In this document: positions 9,975-18,767 of the stretch, piece by piece | How positions within the stretch are numbered: position 1 is the first letter of the stretch | Layout: every line of letters starts with the position of its first letter | NCBI GenBank assembly: GCA_963740315.1 | Contig: CAVUDP010000001.1 | Coordinates: 294,766 to 358,765 of the forward strand | Direction: 5' to 3' | Source of the DNA: an uncultured cyanobacterium | GTDB taxonomy: Bacteria > Cyanobacteriota > Cyanobacteriia > Cyanobacteriales > Nostocaceae | Length of the DNA stretch: 64,000 nucleotides | The notes under the pieces: generated by a model | What the model saw: the letters and a program-made list of their open reading frames with translations, nothing else | Told to the model about the DNA's origin: nothing | The model's database searches: none | Program-made: the position numbers and the translations under genes

Positions 9975-11459
9975 ATGAGTCAGGCTCGACCATTACAAAA
10001 TGTTGTAATTATTGATGATAACCCAGACGATCGCCTTTTAGCTATTCGAGAACTTGGAAAAGAGTTTTCTGACTTGCATATAATAGAAATTATTGATGCC
10101 TCGGAGTTAGCATCTGTATTAGAAGCAGATAATTACGATTTTGTGATTACAGATTATCAATTGAAGTGGACAAATGGACTTGATATTTTGGGTGCTTTTA
10201 AATATCGTCGTCCAGATGTTCCAGTAATCATGTTTACGAATTCCGGTACTCAGGAAGTTGCGGTTACAGCAATGAAAGCGGGATTAGATGATTATGTAAT
10301 TAAATCACCCAAGCATTTTGTACGTTTAAGTCAATCTGTACGTTTAGCTTGGAATAATGCTCAAACTCGCGCTCGATTAGCTCAGACAAATTTACGTTTG
10401 CAATTTTTACTCAATCAACTGAATGTAGGAGTATTTCGGGCTACTTTAGATGGGGAACTGATTGAATGTAGCGATGGTTTTTTGCATCTTTTGGGTTTAA
10501 ATACTCCGGAAGAAGCACGAATATTTTTTCGCACTTATCCAAAGTTGAATTTAGCTAATTCTCCTGGAAAACCACCTTGGGAGAAAGAAGTTAAATTATT
10601 GCTCGATGGAAAGACTACTTGGTTAATGTTGAGCGAGACTCTTACCGAGTTAGATGGTGAAACTGCGATCGATGGTTTGCTGATAGATATTACCGAACGT
10701 AAATCCAGTGAAGCTGCAATTCAACAACTTAATCAAACTCTCGAACAACGAGTTTTGCAACGTACCGCTCAATTAGAAGCAACCAACAAAGAGCTAGAAA
10801 CCTTTGCTTATTCAGTATCTCATGATTTGCGATCGCCAATTCGTCAGGTTTACAGTTTTGCGGAATTATTACAACAGTCGCTGCCGTTTATTAACCTTTC
10901 CGAAGAAATTAGTAATTACTTAGGAATGATTCTGAAACTTACCAAACGAGCCGGTAAGATGATCGATGATTTACTCGAATTTTCCAGTACCGGAAGATTT
11001 GAAATGTTCTACTCCACCATCGATATGAATAGTTTAGTGCAAGAAGTTAAACAGCAGATAATCTCGCAAACCAAAGGTAGGACAATTATTTGGGATATTG
11101 AATCGCTGCCGCAAATAAAAGGCGATCGCACTTTAATCAGAATAGTTTGGCAAAACTTAATTGAAAACGCTGTAAAATACACTGGTAACAAAAATATTGC
11201 AGAAATTAATATTGGTAGCATCACTAACTCATCAGAAATAACTTTTTTTATCAAAGATAACGGAGTCGGGTTTGATATGCGCTACGTCGAAAGAATCTTT
11301 GGCATTTTTCAAAGATTGCATACCAGCGAAGAGTTTGAAGGAACCGGAATTGGACTTGCTAACGTACAGCGAATCATCCACCGTCATCAAGGAAGAATTT
11401 GGGCAGAATCAACAGTAGATGAAGGAACAAAATTTTATTTCTCACTACCTAACAGTTAG
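9975..11459 (+). CDS. Hybrid response regulator/histidine kinase (REC, PAS, HisKA, HATPase_c)
   Basis: N-terminal receiver VVIIDDNPDD…ITDYQL. H-box FAYSVSHDLRSPIRQV. HATPase G-box GTGIGLANVQR. Confidence 0.85.
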   Translation: MSQARPLQNVVIIDDNPDDRLLAIRELGKEFSDLHIIEIIDASELASVLEADNYDFVITDYQLKWTNGLDILGAFKYRRPDVPVIMFTNSGTQEVAVTAMKAGLDDYVIKSPKHFVRLSQSVRLAWNNAQTRARLAQTNLRLQFLLNQLNVGVFRATLDGELIECSDGFLHLLGLNTPEEARIFFRTYPKLNLANSPGKPPWEKEVKLLLDGKTTWLMLSETLTELDGETAIDGLLIDITERKSSEAAIQQLNQTLEQRVLQRTAQLEATNKELETFAYSVSHDLRSPIRQVYSFAELLQQSLPFINLSEEISNYLGMILKLTKRAGKMIDDLLEFSSTGRFEMFYSTIDMNSLVQEVKQQIISQTKGRTIIWDIESLPQIKGDRTLIRIVWQNLIENAVKYTGNKNIAEINIGSITNSSEITFFIKDNGVGFDMRYVERIFGIFQRLHTSEEFEGTGIGLANVQRIIHRHQGRIWAESTVDEGTKFYFSLPNS

Positions 11460-11487
11460 TGGTTAGTTTTTAGTGGTAAATAATTAT

Positions 11488-11553
11488 CCCTCCCCATCTC
11501 CCCATCTCCCCATCTCCCCATCTCCCCCTCTCCCCATCTTCCCCCCTCTCCCA
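11488..11553. repeat. STRR-type tandem repeat (CCCCATCT x ~8)
   Basis: Direct tandem octamers in the intergenic region. Confidence 0.85.
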
Positions 11554-11666
11554 AACTTATATCTAAAGAAATATAAACAAGTTGTTCTGGAGATAGACGA
11601 TCAAAAACACATACTTTAGTATTGTTCTGTTGAGGTCTATGTATCTAAATTAGTTACCAACCATTC

Positions 11667-13676
11667 TTGGAGGTACCGATTCTGCTATTAAACACTTTAT
11701 CCAACAATCGGCTTTCTCAAACAATGCTGTATATCTTGTTGTTAGAAGATGACTCAGCAGATAGCGAGTTAATTCGCGCTATCCTGAAAAAGGGTGGTAT
11801 AAATTGCGAGTTTAAGCGCGTTACAACTCGTAAAGATTTTGTGGCAGAATTGCAAAACGATAATTTAGATTTAATTTTATCTGACTATGCACTCCCGCAA
11901 TTTGATGGAATTTCGGCTTTAAAGATAGCTACACAAACTTGTCCTAATGTACCTTTTATATTAGTTTCTGGAGTATTAGGAGAAGAAAGAGCCATAGAAG
12001 CGCTCAAAGAGGGAGCAACGGATTATGTTCTCAAACAACGTTTGGAGCGATTGCTTCCTTCGGTACAGCGAGCGCTGCGCGAAAGTCAGGAACGTAAAGA
12101 ACTCCATCGTGCGGAAGAATCTTTGCGTCAAACAGATGATATGCTGCGAGCGGTAGTTGACGCTTCTCCGGTGGCAATTATTACTTTGAGCTTGGATTAT
12201 CAAGTTTTAACTTGGAACAAGACAGCCGAGCAAATTTACGGTTGGCAAAGGTTAGAAATTCTACATCAACCGCTACCAGTTATTCCTGAAGGTTATAAAA
12301 ATGTCTTTGCAGCTTGTGTAGAAAGAGTATTGCAAAACCAGACTTTAAAAAATTTGGAATTTCGTCATCTGAGAAAAAATGGTTCTGAAGTAGATATAAA
12401 TGTTTCTTTAGCACCCATACACGATAGTAAGGGAGATAGCAGTTGTTTTATAATGACTGCGGTTGATATTACTTTAAGCAAACAAGTAGAAGCAGAACGT
12501 AGGGTTTTACTACAGCGAGAGCAAAAAGCTCGTGCGGAAGCTGAAGAAGCGAGCCGTATCAAAGATGAATTTCTAGCAATAGTTTCTCATGAATTGCGAA
12601 CTCCACTTAATGCAATTTTGGGATGGACTAAACTGATTAGTAGTGGCAAAATTAAACCAGATAGATTCAAGCAAGCTTTAGAAGTTATCGAGCGCAATGC
12701 AACTTTACAAGCGCAATTAATCGAAGATTTGCTTGATATTTCGGGGATAATTCGCGGTAAACTCCATTTAGAATTAAATTCGGTTAATTTAGCTAACGTA
12801 ATTAGAGAAACTGTAGAAACTTTAGGTTTAGCAGCAGAAGCCAAATCTATTAACGTACAGGTTAACTTAGATAGTAACGTCAAAAATATAGTTGGAGATT
12901 CCAATCGTATTTCTCAAATATTGTGGAATTTGCTTTCTAACGCAATTAAATTCACACATAATGGGGGAAGCGTCGAAATCTACTTAGGTGAAATAAATTC
13001 AACCGCCCAAATTCAAGTCAGCGATACGGGTATTGGTATAAGTGCGGATTTTCTCCCTTGGGTTTTTGAATATTTTCGTCAAGAAGATGGTTCTAAAACT
13101 CGTTGCAAAGGTGGTTTGGGTTTGGGTTTAGCAATTACCCGTCATTTAGTAGAAGCCCACGGTGGTACGATAGTAGCAGAAAGTCTTGGAGAACAACAAG
13201 GGGCAACTTTTACAGTAAAATTCCCGATAAAATCTAGTGATGTAAAGTCAGAACCGTTACCAAAATCGGAAGATAGCGACAAGCAACTTTGTGGAATCAA
13301 AATATTAATTGTAGATGACGAACCTGATGCTCGTGAATTACTAGCTTTTATTTTAGAAGAGCAAAGTGCTGAAATTAAATTAGTTGCTTCTGCTGCTGAA
13401 GCTTTAAATAAATTTGGTTCTTTTCAACCGGATATTATCATCAGCGACATTGGAATGCCCGGTGAAAATGGATATAGTATGTTAAATAAAATACGGCAAC
13501 TTGCTTCTAATCAAGGTGGTTGCGTTCCTGCGATCGCGCTTACGGCATTCGCAACCCAAGAAGATACTCAAAAAGCAAAAGAAGCTGGTTTTCAAATGCA
13601 TTTAACAAAGCCTTTTGATGCCGATGAATTGATTAATGCAGTATATGATTTAACAAAAGTAACAGATAATAATTAG
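11667..13676 (+). CDS. Hybrid sensor histidine kinase/response regulator (REC, PAS, HisKA, HATPase_c, REC)
   Basis: N-terminal receiver (LLLEDDSADSELI…LSDYALP). H-box IVSHELRTPLNAILGW. GLGLGLAITRH. C-terminal receiver ILIVDDEPDARE…ISDIGMPGENG. The true start may be MLYILLLEDD at about 11724. Confidence 0.85.
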   Translation: MEVPILLLNTLSNNRLSQTMLYILLLEDDSADSELIRAILKKGGINCEFKRVTTRKDFVAELQNDNLDLILSDYALPQFDGISALKIATQTCPNVPFILVSGVLGEERAIEALKEGATDYVLKQRLERLLPSVQRALRESQERKELHRAEESLRQTDDMLRAVVDASPVAIITLSLDYQVLTWNKTAEQIYGWQRLEILHQPLPVIPEGYKNVFAACVERVLQNQTLKNLEFRHLRKNGSEVDINVSLAPIHDSKGDSSCFIMTAVDITLSKQVEAERRVLLQREQKARAEAEEASRIKDEFLAIVSHELRTPLNAILGWTKLISSGKIKPDRFKQALEVIERNATLQAQLIEDLLDISGIIRGKLHLELNSVNLANVIRETVETLGLAAEAKSINVQVNLDSNVKNIVGDSNRISQILWNLLSNAIKFTHNGGSVEIYLGEINSTAQIQVSDTGIGISADFLPWVFEYFRQEDGSKTRCKGGLGLGLAITRHLVEAHGGTIVAESLGEQQGATFTVKFPIKSSDVKSEPLPKSEDSDKQLCGIKILIVDDEPDARELLAFILEEQSAEIKLVASAAEALNKFGSFQPDIIISDIGMPGENGYSMLNKIRQLASNQGGCVPAIALTAFATQEDTQKAKEAGFQMHLTKPFDADELINAVYDLTKVTDNN

Positions 13677-13718
13677 TATTTCCGATGAATCTCTATTTCC
13701 TATTACTTATAAAACAAA

Positions 13719-14318
13719 ATGCTCGATTGGATAACTAATATAATTACTTCCTTCGGCTACTTGGGAATTGGTTTTTTAATGTTTTTAGAAAACGTCTTTC
13801 CACCAATACCTTCTGAATTAATAATGCCCTTAGCGGGATTCACCGCGACTCAAGGAAAGCTAAGTTTGCAATTTGTAATTTTAGCAGGAACCTTGGGTTC
13901 ACTTTTAGGTGTGTTGCCTTGGTATTATGTCGGTAAAGTTGTGGGTGAAAAACGTTTGCGGGAATGGATAGATAAATATGGGAAATGGTTAACTTTATCG
14001 GGTGCGGATATAGATAGATCGAAAAGATGGTTAAATAAATACGGAAAAGCAACAGTATTTTTTGGTCGTCTTGTACCCGGAATTCGTACTTTTATTTCCG
14101 TTCCCGCAGGTTTAGATAATATGCCGTTAGTGCCGTTTTTATTATATTCCTTTGCGGGCAGCTTAATATGGACGGCACTGTTAACTTATGCGGGTTTTGT
14201 ATTAGGAAATAATTATCAACAAGTAGAAAAATATATAGCTCCAATTTCTGTAATTATTATCGCTTCAATTATAATTTATTTAATAATTTCATTTATTCGT
14301 CGGAAAACTAAACAGTAA
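13719..14318 (+). CDS. DedA/SNARE-associated family membrane protein
   Basis: GYLGIGFLMFLENVFPPIPSELIMPLAG DedA signature. Multiple TM helices. Confidence 0.8.
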   Translation: MLDWITNIITSFGYLGIGFLMFLENVFPPIPSELIMPLAGFTATQGKLSLQFVILAGTLGSLLGVLPWYYVGKVVGEKRLREWIDKYGKWLTLSGADIDRSKRWLNKYGKATVFFGRLVPGIRTFISVPAGLDNMPLVPFLLYSFAGSLIWTALLTYAGFVLGNNYQQVEKYIAPISVIIIASIIIYLIISFIRRKTKQ

Positions 14319-14328
14319 TAGGTTCGTA

Positions 14329-14396
14329 GTAAGGGCTTCAGCCCTCACTCTTACAGCAATAGGTTCGTAGTAAGGGCTTCAGCCCTCACTCTTACC
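14329..14396. repeat. Two tandem copies of palindromic repeat GGTTCGTAGTAAGGGCTTCAGCCCTCACTCTTAC (GTAGTAAGG-family)
   Basis: The same family recurs at 25976-26118, 29032-29089, 33154-33207 and 37340-37525. Each copy has an AGGGCT…AGCCCT or AGGACT…AGTCCT stem. Confidence 0.8.
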
Positions 14397-14462
14397 CAAA
14401 GCATTCGCAGTAAGCAAAGAAAATTCTTTAAAAAGCGATAAATCGCTTACTACAAACCTAAA

Positions 14463-16565
14463 TTAATCTCGTTTTAAAATCAAATGATTCCGCTCGGTTA
14501 ACTCAGCTTCCCAATTCGGCTCAACCACAATCGTGCTAATCTTCTCCACAACAATCGCCGCACCTTGAATAACATCCCCCGGTTGTAAATCTTCCCGACG
14601 ATAAACGGGTGCCCAATACCACTTATCCTTAGTAAACATCTGCACCGTTTCCACAGCAATCGGAAATTCATCCAAACCCCGACTGCGTTTAACCAAAGCT
14701 TCCTCCGGAGTATCCATCTTTTGAATAACCTCCACCGAAACCGACTCCACAATCAAATTTTTGTCCGCTTGCACAAAACCATATCTCAACTTATGTTCCC
14801 GCTCAAACTCCTCCCGCATCATTTCCACATCTGCAACAAAATCAATCCCCAAAACAGAATTAGTCCCCTCATACTTCAAATTAACTTTTCTTACAACCTC
14901 CTCTTCTTGGTTAACCTCCGCGCTCTGCGTTTCCAATTCCCCCCTCCCTTGACTTTCCAACCTTTCCATCAACCCCCGCAATTCCCCCAACAACTCCACA
15001 TCCAAAACCTTTTCCACACCCGCTTCCCTTATCGCTCTCACATCAGCCAAACCCATACCATAAGCGGAAAGCACCCCCGCATAAGGATGTAGAAAAATCT
15101 TTTTCATTCCCAAAGTCTCTGCAATTAAACAAGCAACCTGCGCTCCCGCACCCCCGAAACAGCAAAGCGCGTAATTAGTCACATCATAACCGCGTTGCAG
15201 ACTTATTTTTTTAACCGCATTCGCCATACTTTCCACAGCGATCGCAATAAATCCAGCAGCAACTTGTTCTGGTGTACGATTGTTTCCGGTAGCTGCTTCT
15301 ATATCCTGCGCTAACTGTATAAATTTTTTAGTAACAACATCTTTATCTAAAGCTTGATTTCCATCCTTACCAAACACCGCAGGGAAATATTGCGGATGAA
15401 TTTTACCCAACATTACATTAGCATCAGTCACCGCCAACTTACCCCCGCGACGATAACAAGCGGGGCCAGGATTTGAACCAGCAGATTCCGGCCCCACGCG
15501 ATAGCTCGAACCATCGAACGTTAAAATCGAACCGCCACCCGCAGCGATTGTATGTATTGCCAGCACCGGAACTCGCATCCTTGCTCCAGCAATTTCCGAA
15601 TCCAACTGTCGCTCGTATTCACCATTAAAATGGGCAACATCGGTACTAGTTCCCCCCATATCAAAAGTAATTATTGAATTAAAACCACCCCTCAAACTAG
15701 TTTGCACAGCACCAACAATACCCCCCGCAGGGCCGCTTAAAATGCTATCTTTACCTTGGAATTGTTGGGCATCAACTAAACCCCCATCTGACTTCATAAA
15801 CATCAACTTCACACCGGGTAATTGACTAGCTACAGAGTCAACATAGCGACGTAAAATAGGAGTTAAATACGCATCAACAACCGTCGTATCACCCCGGCTA
15901 ACCAACTTCATCAACGGACTAACTTGATGAGAAATAGATATCTGCGTAAATCCGATATCGCGAGCAATTTTAGATATCTGCTGCTCGTGTTGCGGATAAT
16001 TGTAACTATGCATCAATACAACAGCACAGCTACGAATTCCCGTATTGAAAGCGGTTTGTAAATCTTGTTTAACTGCTTCAACATCCACCGGGATTAACTC
16101 ATTACCTTTAGCATCATAGCGCTCGTTAACCTCAATAACTTGCTCGTAAAGCATACTAGGTAAAACGATGTGACGAGCAAAGATATCGGGACGATTTTGA
16201 TAACCAATTCGCAACGCATCCTTGAATCCCTTAGTGATGGCAAGTAAAACGCGATCGCCCTTTCTTTCCAACAGCGCATTAGTAGCGACAGTAGTACCCA
16301 TTTTTACCACTTCAATTTCTTGGGTGGGAATGGATTGATTGGTGGAAATTCCGAGAATATCGCGAATACCTTGAATAGCTGCATCTTGATAGCGATCGGG
16401 ATTTTCGGAAAGTAGCTTATAAACGATTACCCATTGTTGATTCGGAAGAGGAACAATTAAAAAGCGTTGGGGATGGTTTGCGAGTTGGTTTATTGTGGTT
16501 TGATTGTCAGTAACGGCGACAATATCGGTAAAAGTTCCACCCCTGTCTGCAAATACTTTTAACAT
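14463..16565 (-). CDS. hyuA: Hydantoinase/oxoprolinase family protein, A subunit (HyuA-like)
   Basis: N-terminal MLKVFADRGGTFTDIVAV matches hydantoinase_A/oxoprolinase. 700 aa. Confidence 0.85.
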   Translation of the reverse strand: MLKVFADRGGTFTDIVAVTDNQTTINQLANHPQRFLIVPLPNQQWVIVYKLLSENPDRYQDAAIQGIRDILGISTNQSIPTQEIEVVKMGTTVATNALLERKGDRVLLAITKGFKDALRIGYQNRPDIFARHIVLPSMLYEQVIEVNERYDAKGNELIPVDVEAVKQDLQTAFNTGIRSCAVVLMHSYNYPQHEQQISKIARDIGFTQISISHQVSPLMKLVSRGDTTVVDAYLTPILRRYVDSVASQLPGVKLMFMKSDGGLVDAQQFQGKDSILSGPAGGIVGAVQTSLRGGFNSIITFDMGGTSTDVAHFNGEYERQLDSEIAGARMRVPVLAIHTIAAGGGSILTFDGSSYRVGPESAGSNPGPACYRRGGKLAVTDANVMLGKIHPQYFPAVFGKDGNQALDKDVVTKKFIQLAQDIEAATGNNRTPEQVAAGFIAIAVESMANAVKKISLQRGYDVTNYALCCFGGAGAQVACLIAETLGMKKIFLHPYAGVLSAYGMGLADVRAIREAGVEKVLDVELLGELRGLMERLESQGRGELETQSAEVNQEEEVVRKVNLKYEGTNSVLGIDFVADVEMMREEFEREHKLRYGFVQADKNLIVESVSVEVIQKMDTPEEALVKRSRGLDEFPIAVETVQMFTKDKWYWAPVYRREDLQPGDVIQGAAIVVEKISTIVVEPNWEAELTERNHLILKRD

Positions 16566-16608
16566 AGTTTTGGATTTTGGAAGTAGGTTTTATCAAAGAA
16601 TAGATGAT

Positions 16609-16637
16609 GTAGAGACGCAAGGGTATCGCGTCTATAT
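16609..16637. repeat. Hairpin element of the TGTAGAGACG…CGTCTCTA family
   Basis: tgtagagacgcaagggtatcgcgtctata has inverted termini. Confidence 0.6.
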
Positions 16638-16690
16638 AAGAGTTATCGTTATTTAATAAAGGTTTTTACGGGAAGGAGAATTATTGTATT

Positions 16691-16763
16691 TTTGTAGGGT
16701 GTGTTAGACGCACGACTATATAGTGATTTAACGAGTAATTTGGAATTCGTCTAACGCACCATC
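16691..16763. repeat. 75-bp MITE-like element (TTTGTAGGGTGTG…AACGCACCAT family), copy 1
   Basis: About 90% identical to the 17146-17220 copy. Related copies sit at 19904-19940 (reverse), 33303-33366, 48579-48649 and a partial copy near 110-140. Confidence 0.7.
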
Positions 16764-16895
16764 TGTTATTGATAATACTCACCCTCAGACTATAAGTCTG
16801 GGGCTACACAAACAAAGCCCACCTGCGTGGGCTAAGTTACTAGAAATTTGATGAGATTATAATTAAAAAATATTGTATAGCTTTTTAATAAAAAT

Positions 16896-17141
16896 ATGAC
16901 TGGAATAGAGTGGTTAAGAACACTTCATACGAAACAGCTTATTGAATTGAAAAATGATTGTTATAAATATTTACGTGGTGGGGGTGATATTGATTATGAT
17001 GGTCATATTTTTAACCTTGAAGAATTAAAGCAGGTTTTGAGTGAAAACCTCATATTCCAAATCGAGCAGAAACTAATCAAATTCGGAAGAAAGCTGCGAA
17101 ATATAAAAAGCGATTGCATCAATCTAGTAAATAAAAAATAA
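16896..17141 (+). CDS. Hypothetical small protein (81 aa) bracketed by 75-bp direct repeats
   Basis: ORF only. No recognisable motif. Confidence 0.3.
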   Translation: MTGIEWLRTLHTKQLIELKNDCYKYLRGGGDIDYDGHIFNLEELKQVLSENLIFQIEQKLIKFGRKLRNIKSDCINLVNKK

Positions 17142-17145
17142 TTCT

Positions 17146-17220
17146 TTTGTAGGGTGCTGTTAGACGCACGACAATATTATGATTTAACGAGCAATTTGGA
17201 ATTCGTCTAACGCACCATCT
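17146..17220. repeat. 75-bp MITE-like element, copy 2
   Basis: Direct repeat of 16691-16763. Confidence 0.7.
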
Positions 17221-17397
17221 AAGATTAGACAGTAGGTTGGGTTAAAGGCGCAAGATAATTTAATGGTTTACGAGAGATAAAGATGCGCCGTAACCCAACA
17301 TTTAGATTTTGGTTTTAAAGAAGATTGATAATATTCAAAGTTTGTTAAATTACTTTCACAGCCGATAAACTGCTTATTTATAACCAGTTATCCAATT

Positions 17398-17772
17398 TTA
17401 TCGCGCATCCCCTTGAATAGACTTTACGGTTCCCAATACCTCTTCAATTTTACGTGGCAATGTATAAATACCGGAAATATAAATACAATCTTCTTCTGGT
17501 TGAATTGTTGAATAAATCACTCTTACTTCATAATCTGTTAAGCGTTCAATACTGACATATCCTACAACTTCAATATCTTCTGGAATTTCATATCTCTCTT
17601 GACTCAAAATATATCTTTGCTCTAATCCGTCAGCTATTTTATTAAGTTCATTTTGTTCGAGCAATATATTATTAAAGCAGTAATGATATACACGGCAACA
17701 TTTATTGTTTTCTAAAATTGTAAGTTGAGGAACATTTTTAAACTTAATCATGCTTGCATCATATTTTTTCAT
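17398..17772 (-). CDS. Hypothetical protein (124 aa), possible toxin partner of the upstream antitoxin-like ORF
   Basis: ORF sits 25 bp downstream of a 50-aa antitoxin-like ORF on the same strand. No PIN/RelE motif recognised. Confidence 0.4.
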   Translation of the reverse strand: MKKYDASMIKFKNVPQLTILENNKCCRVYHYCFNNILLEQNELNKIADGLEQRYILSQERYEIPEDIEVVGYVSIERLTDYEVRVIYSTIQPEEDCIYISGIYTLPRKIEEVLGTVKSIQGDAR

Positions 17773-17797
17773 AAAAGCTCACCTTTTTGAAAATTAT

Positions 17798-17950
17798 TTA
17801 TAGTTCTTTCCAAGCTTTATCTTCCTCGGGTTCCAACCAAATTTTGTTTAGTGATGATTCACTTAATTTGAGAAAGTCTTCTACTAATTTTTGAGTATCA
17901 TCTGTATCGGTAACTTGTACCTTTTTAGCCGGAATTTTGTCTTTAGCCAT
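17798..17950 (-). CDS. Putative small antitoxin-like protein (50 aa, acidic C-terminus …EPEEDKAWKEL)
   Basis: Manual translation gives MAKDKIPAKKVQVTDTDDTQKLVEDFLKLSESSLNKIWLEPEEDKAWKEL. It is not in the ORF track because it is under 60 aa. Confidence 0.4.
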   Translation of the reverse strand: MAKDKIPAKKVQVTDTDDTQKLVEDFLKLSESSLNKIWLEPEEDKAWKEL

Positions 17951-18027
17951 GATATTTGATTGTTAATGTTCTGCTTTTATATTAGCTTGAATTAATGGTA
18001 TAATCTAAAAAATTAGGAAAATTAACA

Positions 18028-18297
18028 ATGATTGGTACTAATATTTACATCAGTCAAGAAACTCAAGAATCTTTAGTTAAAGCAGCAACTTTACAACAAG
18101 TTTCTGTTGAAGAATTAGCTTCTTCTATCTTGAGAGAAACTATCCAAGAAAAGTTTGGAAAAATTAGCGATTCTTCAGAAAATCAACGCAACTTTGCCGT
18201 TAATCCGCTTACGGAAATGCAACCCTATGCTTATTTAGCAGATCCAAATGAACCTGCTATTTCTCCTGATGATTGGGAAATGAATCAGGATTTTTAG
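18028..18297 (+). CDS. Putative VapB-type antitoxin (89 aa)
   Basis: Small acidic protein immediately upstream of the PIN gene. The 10-bp spacing suggests an operon. Confidence 0.5.
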   Translation: MIGTNIYISQETQESLVKAATLQQVSVEELASSILRETIQEKFGKISDSSENQRNFAVNPLTEMQPYAYLADPNEPAISPDDWEMNQDF

Positions 18298-18307
18298 GTT
18301 TTTACTT

Positions 18308-18700
18308 ATGATTATTCTTGATACCCATATTTGGGTTTGGTGGAATCATAATGATTTAAAATTGACCTCAAATCATCATGAAGCAATAAATAAAGAAAGA
18401 CCATTAGGGTTAGGTATTAGCTCCATAAGTCTGATAGAGATTACCAGACTTGTTACTCAAAATAGGTTAATTCTCCCTTGTACGCTTCAAGAATGGTTTA
18501 ATATTGCTTTGCCCAAGAGGGGGTAATTCTTCTGTCAATAACTCCTCAAATTGCCATTGATTCCTATTCACTTCCAGGAAATTTTCATAAAGATCCAGCC
18601 GATAGAATAATCGTTTCAACAGCAAGAATATATGATGTTCCGTTACTGAGTGTAGATGAAAAAATACTTGCTTATTCTTATGTAAAAACAATTCAACCTT
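18308..18700 (+). pseudogene. vapC: vapC-like PIN-domain toxin gene interrupted by a +1/-1 frameshift at the G-run near 18515-18525
   Basis: Frame 1 gives MIILDTHIWVWW… (the PIN N-terminal motif). It stops at 18526. The continuation …ITPQIAIDSYSLPGNFHKDPADRIIVSTARIYDVPLLSVDEKIL… (PIN C-terminal motifs) is in another frame and runs to ~18700. Confidence 0.6.
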
Positions 18701-18767
18701 AATATAAAATACGATTGTCACACTTGGGGTAATAGTTACGAACATTTGCTGGAGATGTTAGAAGATG

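Noticed and set aside
14498-15092. ORFs 14498-14752 (minus), 14721-15092 (plus) and 14761-14952 (plus) inside hyuA
   Set aside because: Shadow ORFs within a 700-aa conserved gene. Trp/Arg-rich or Pro-rich low-complexity translations.
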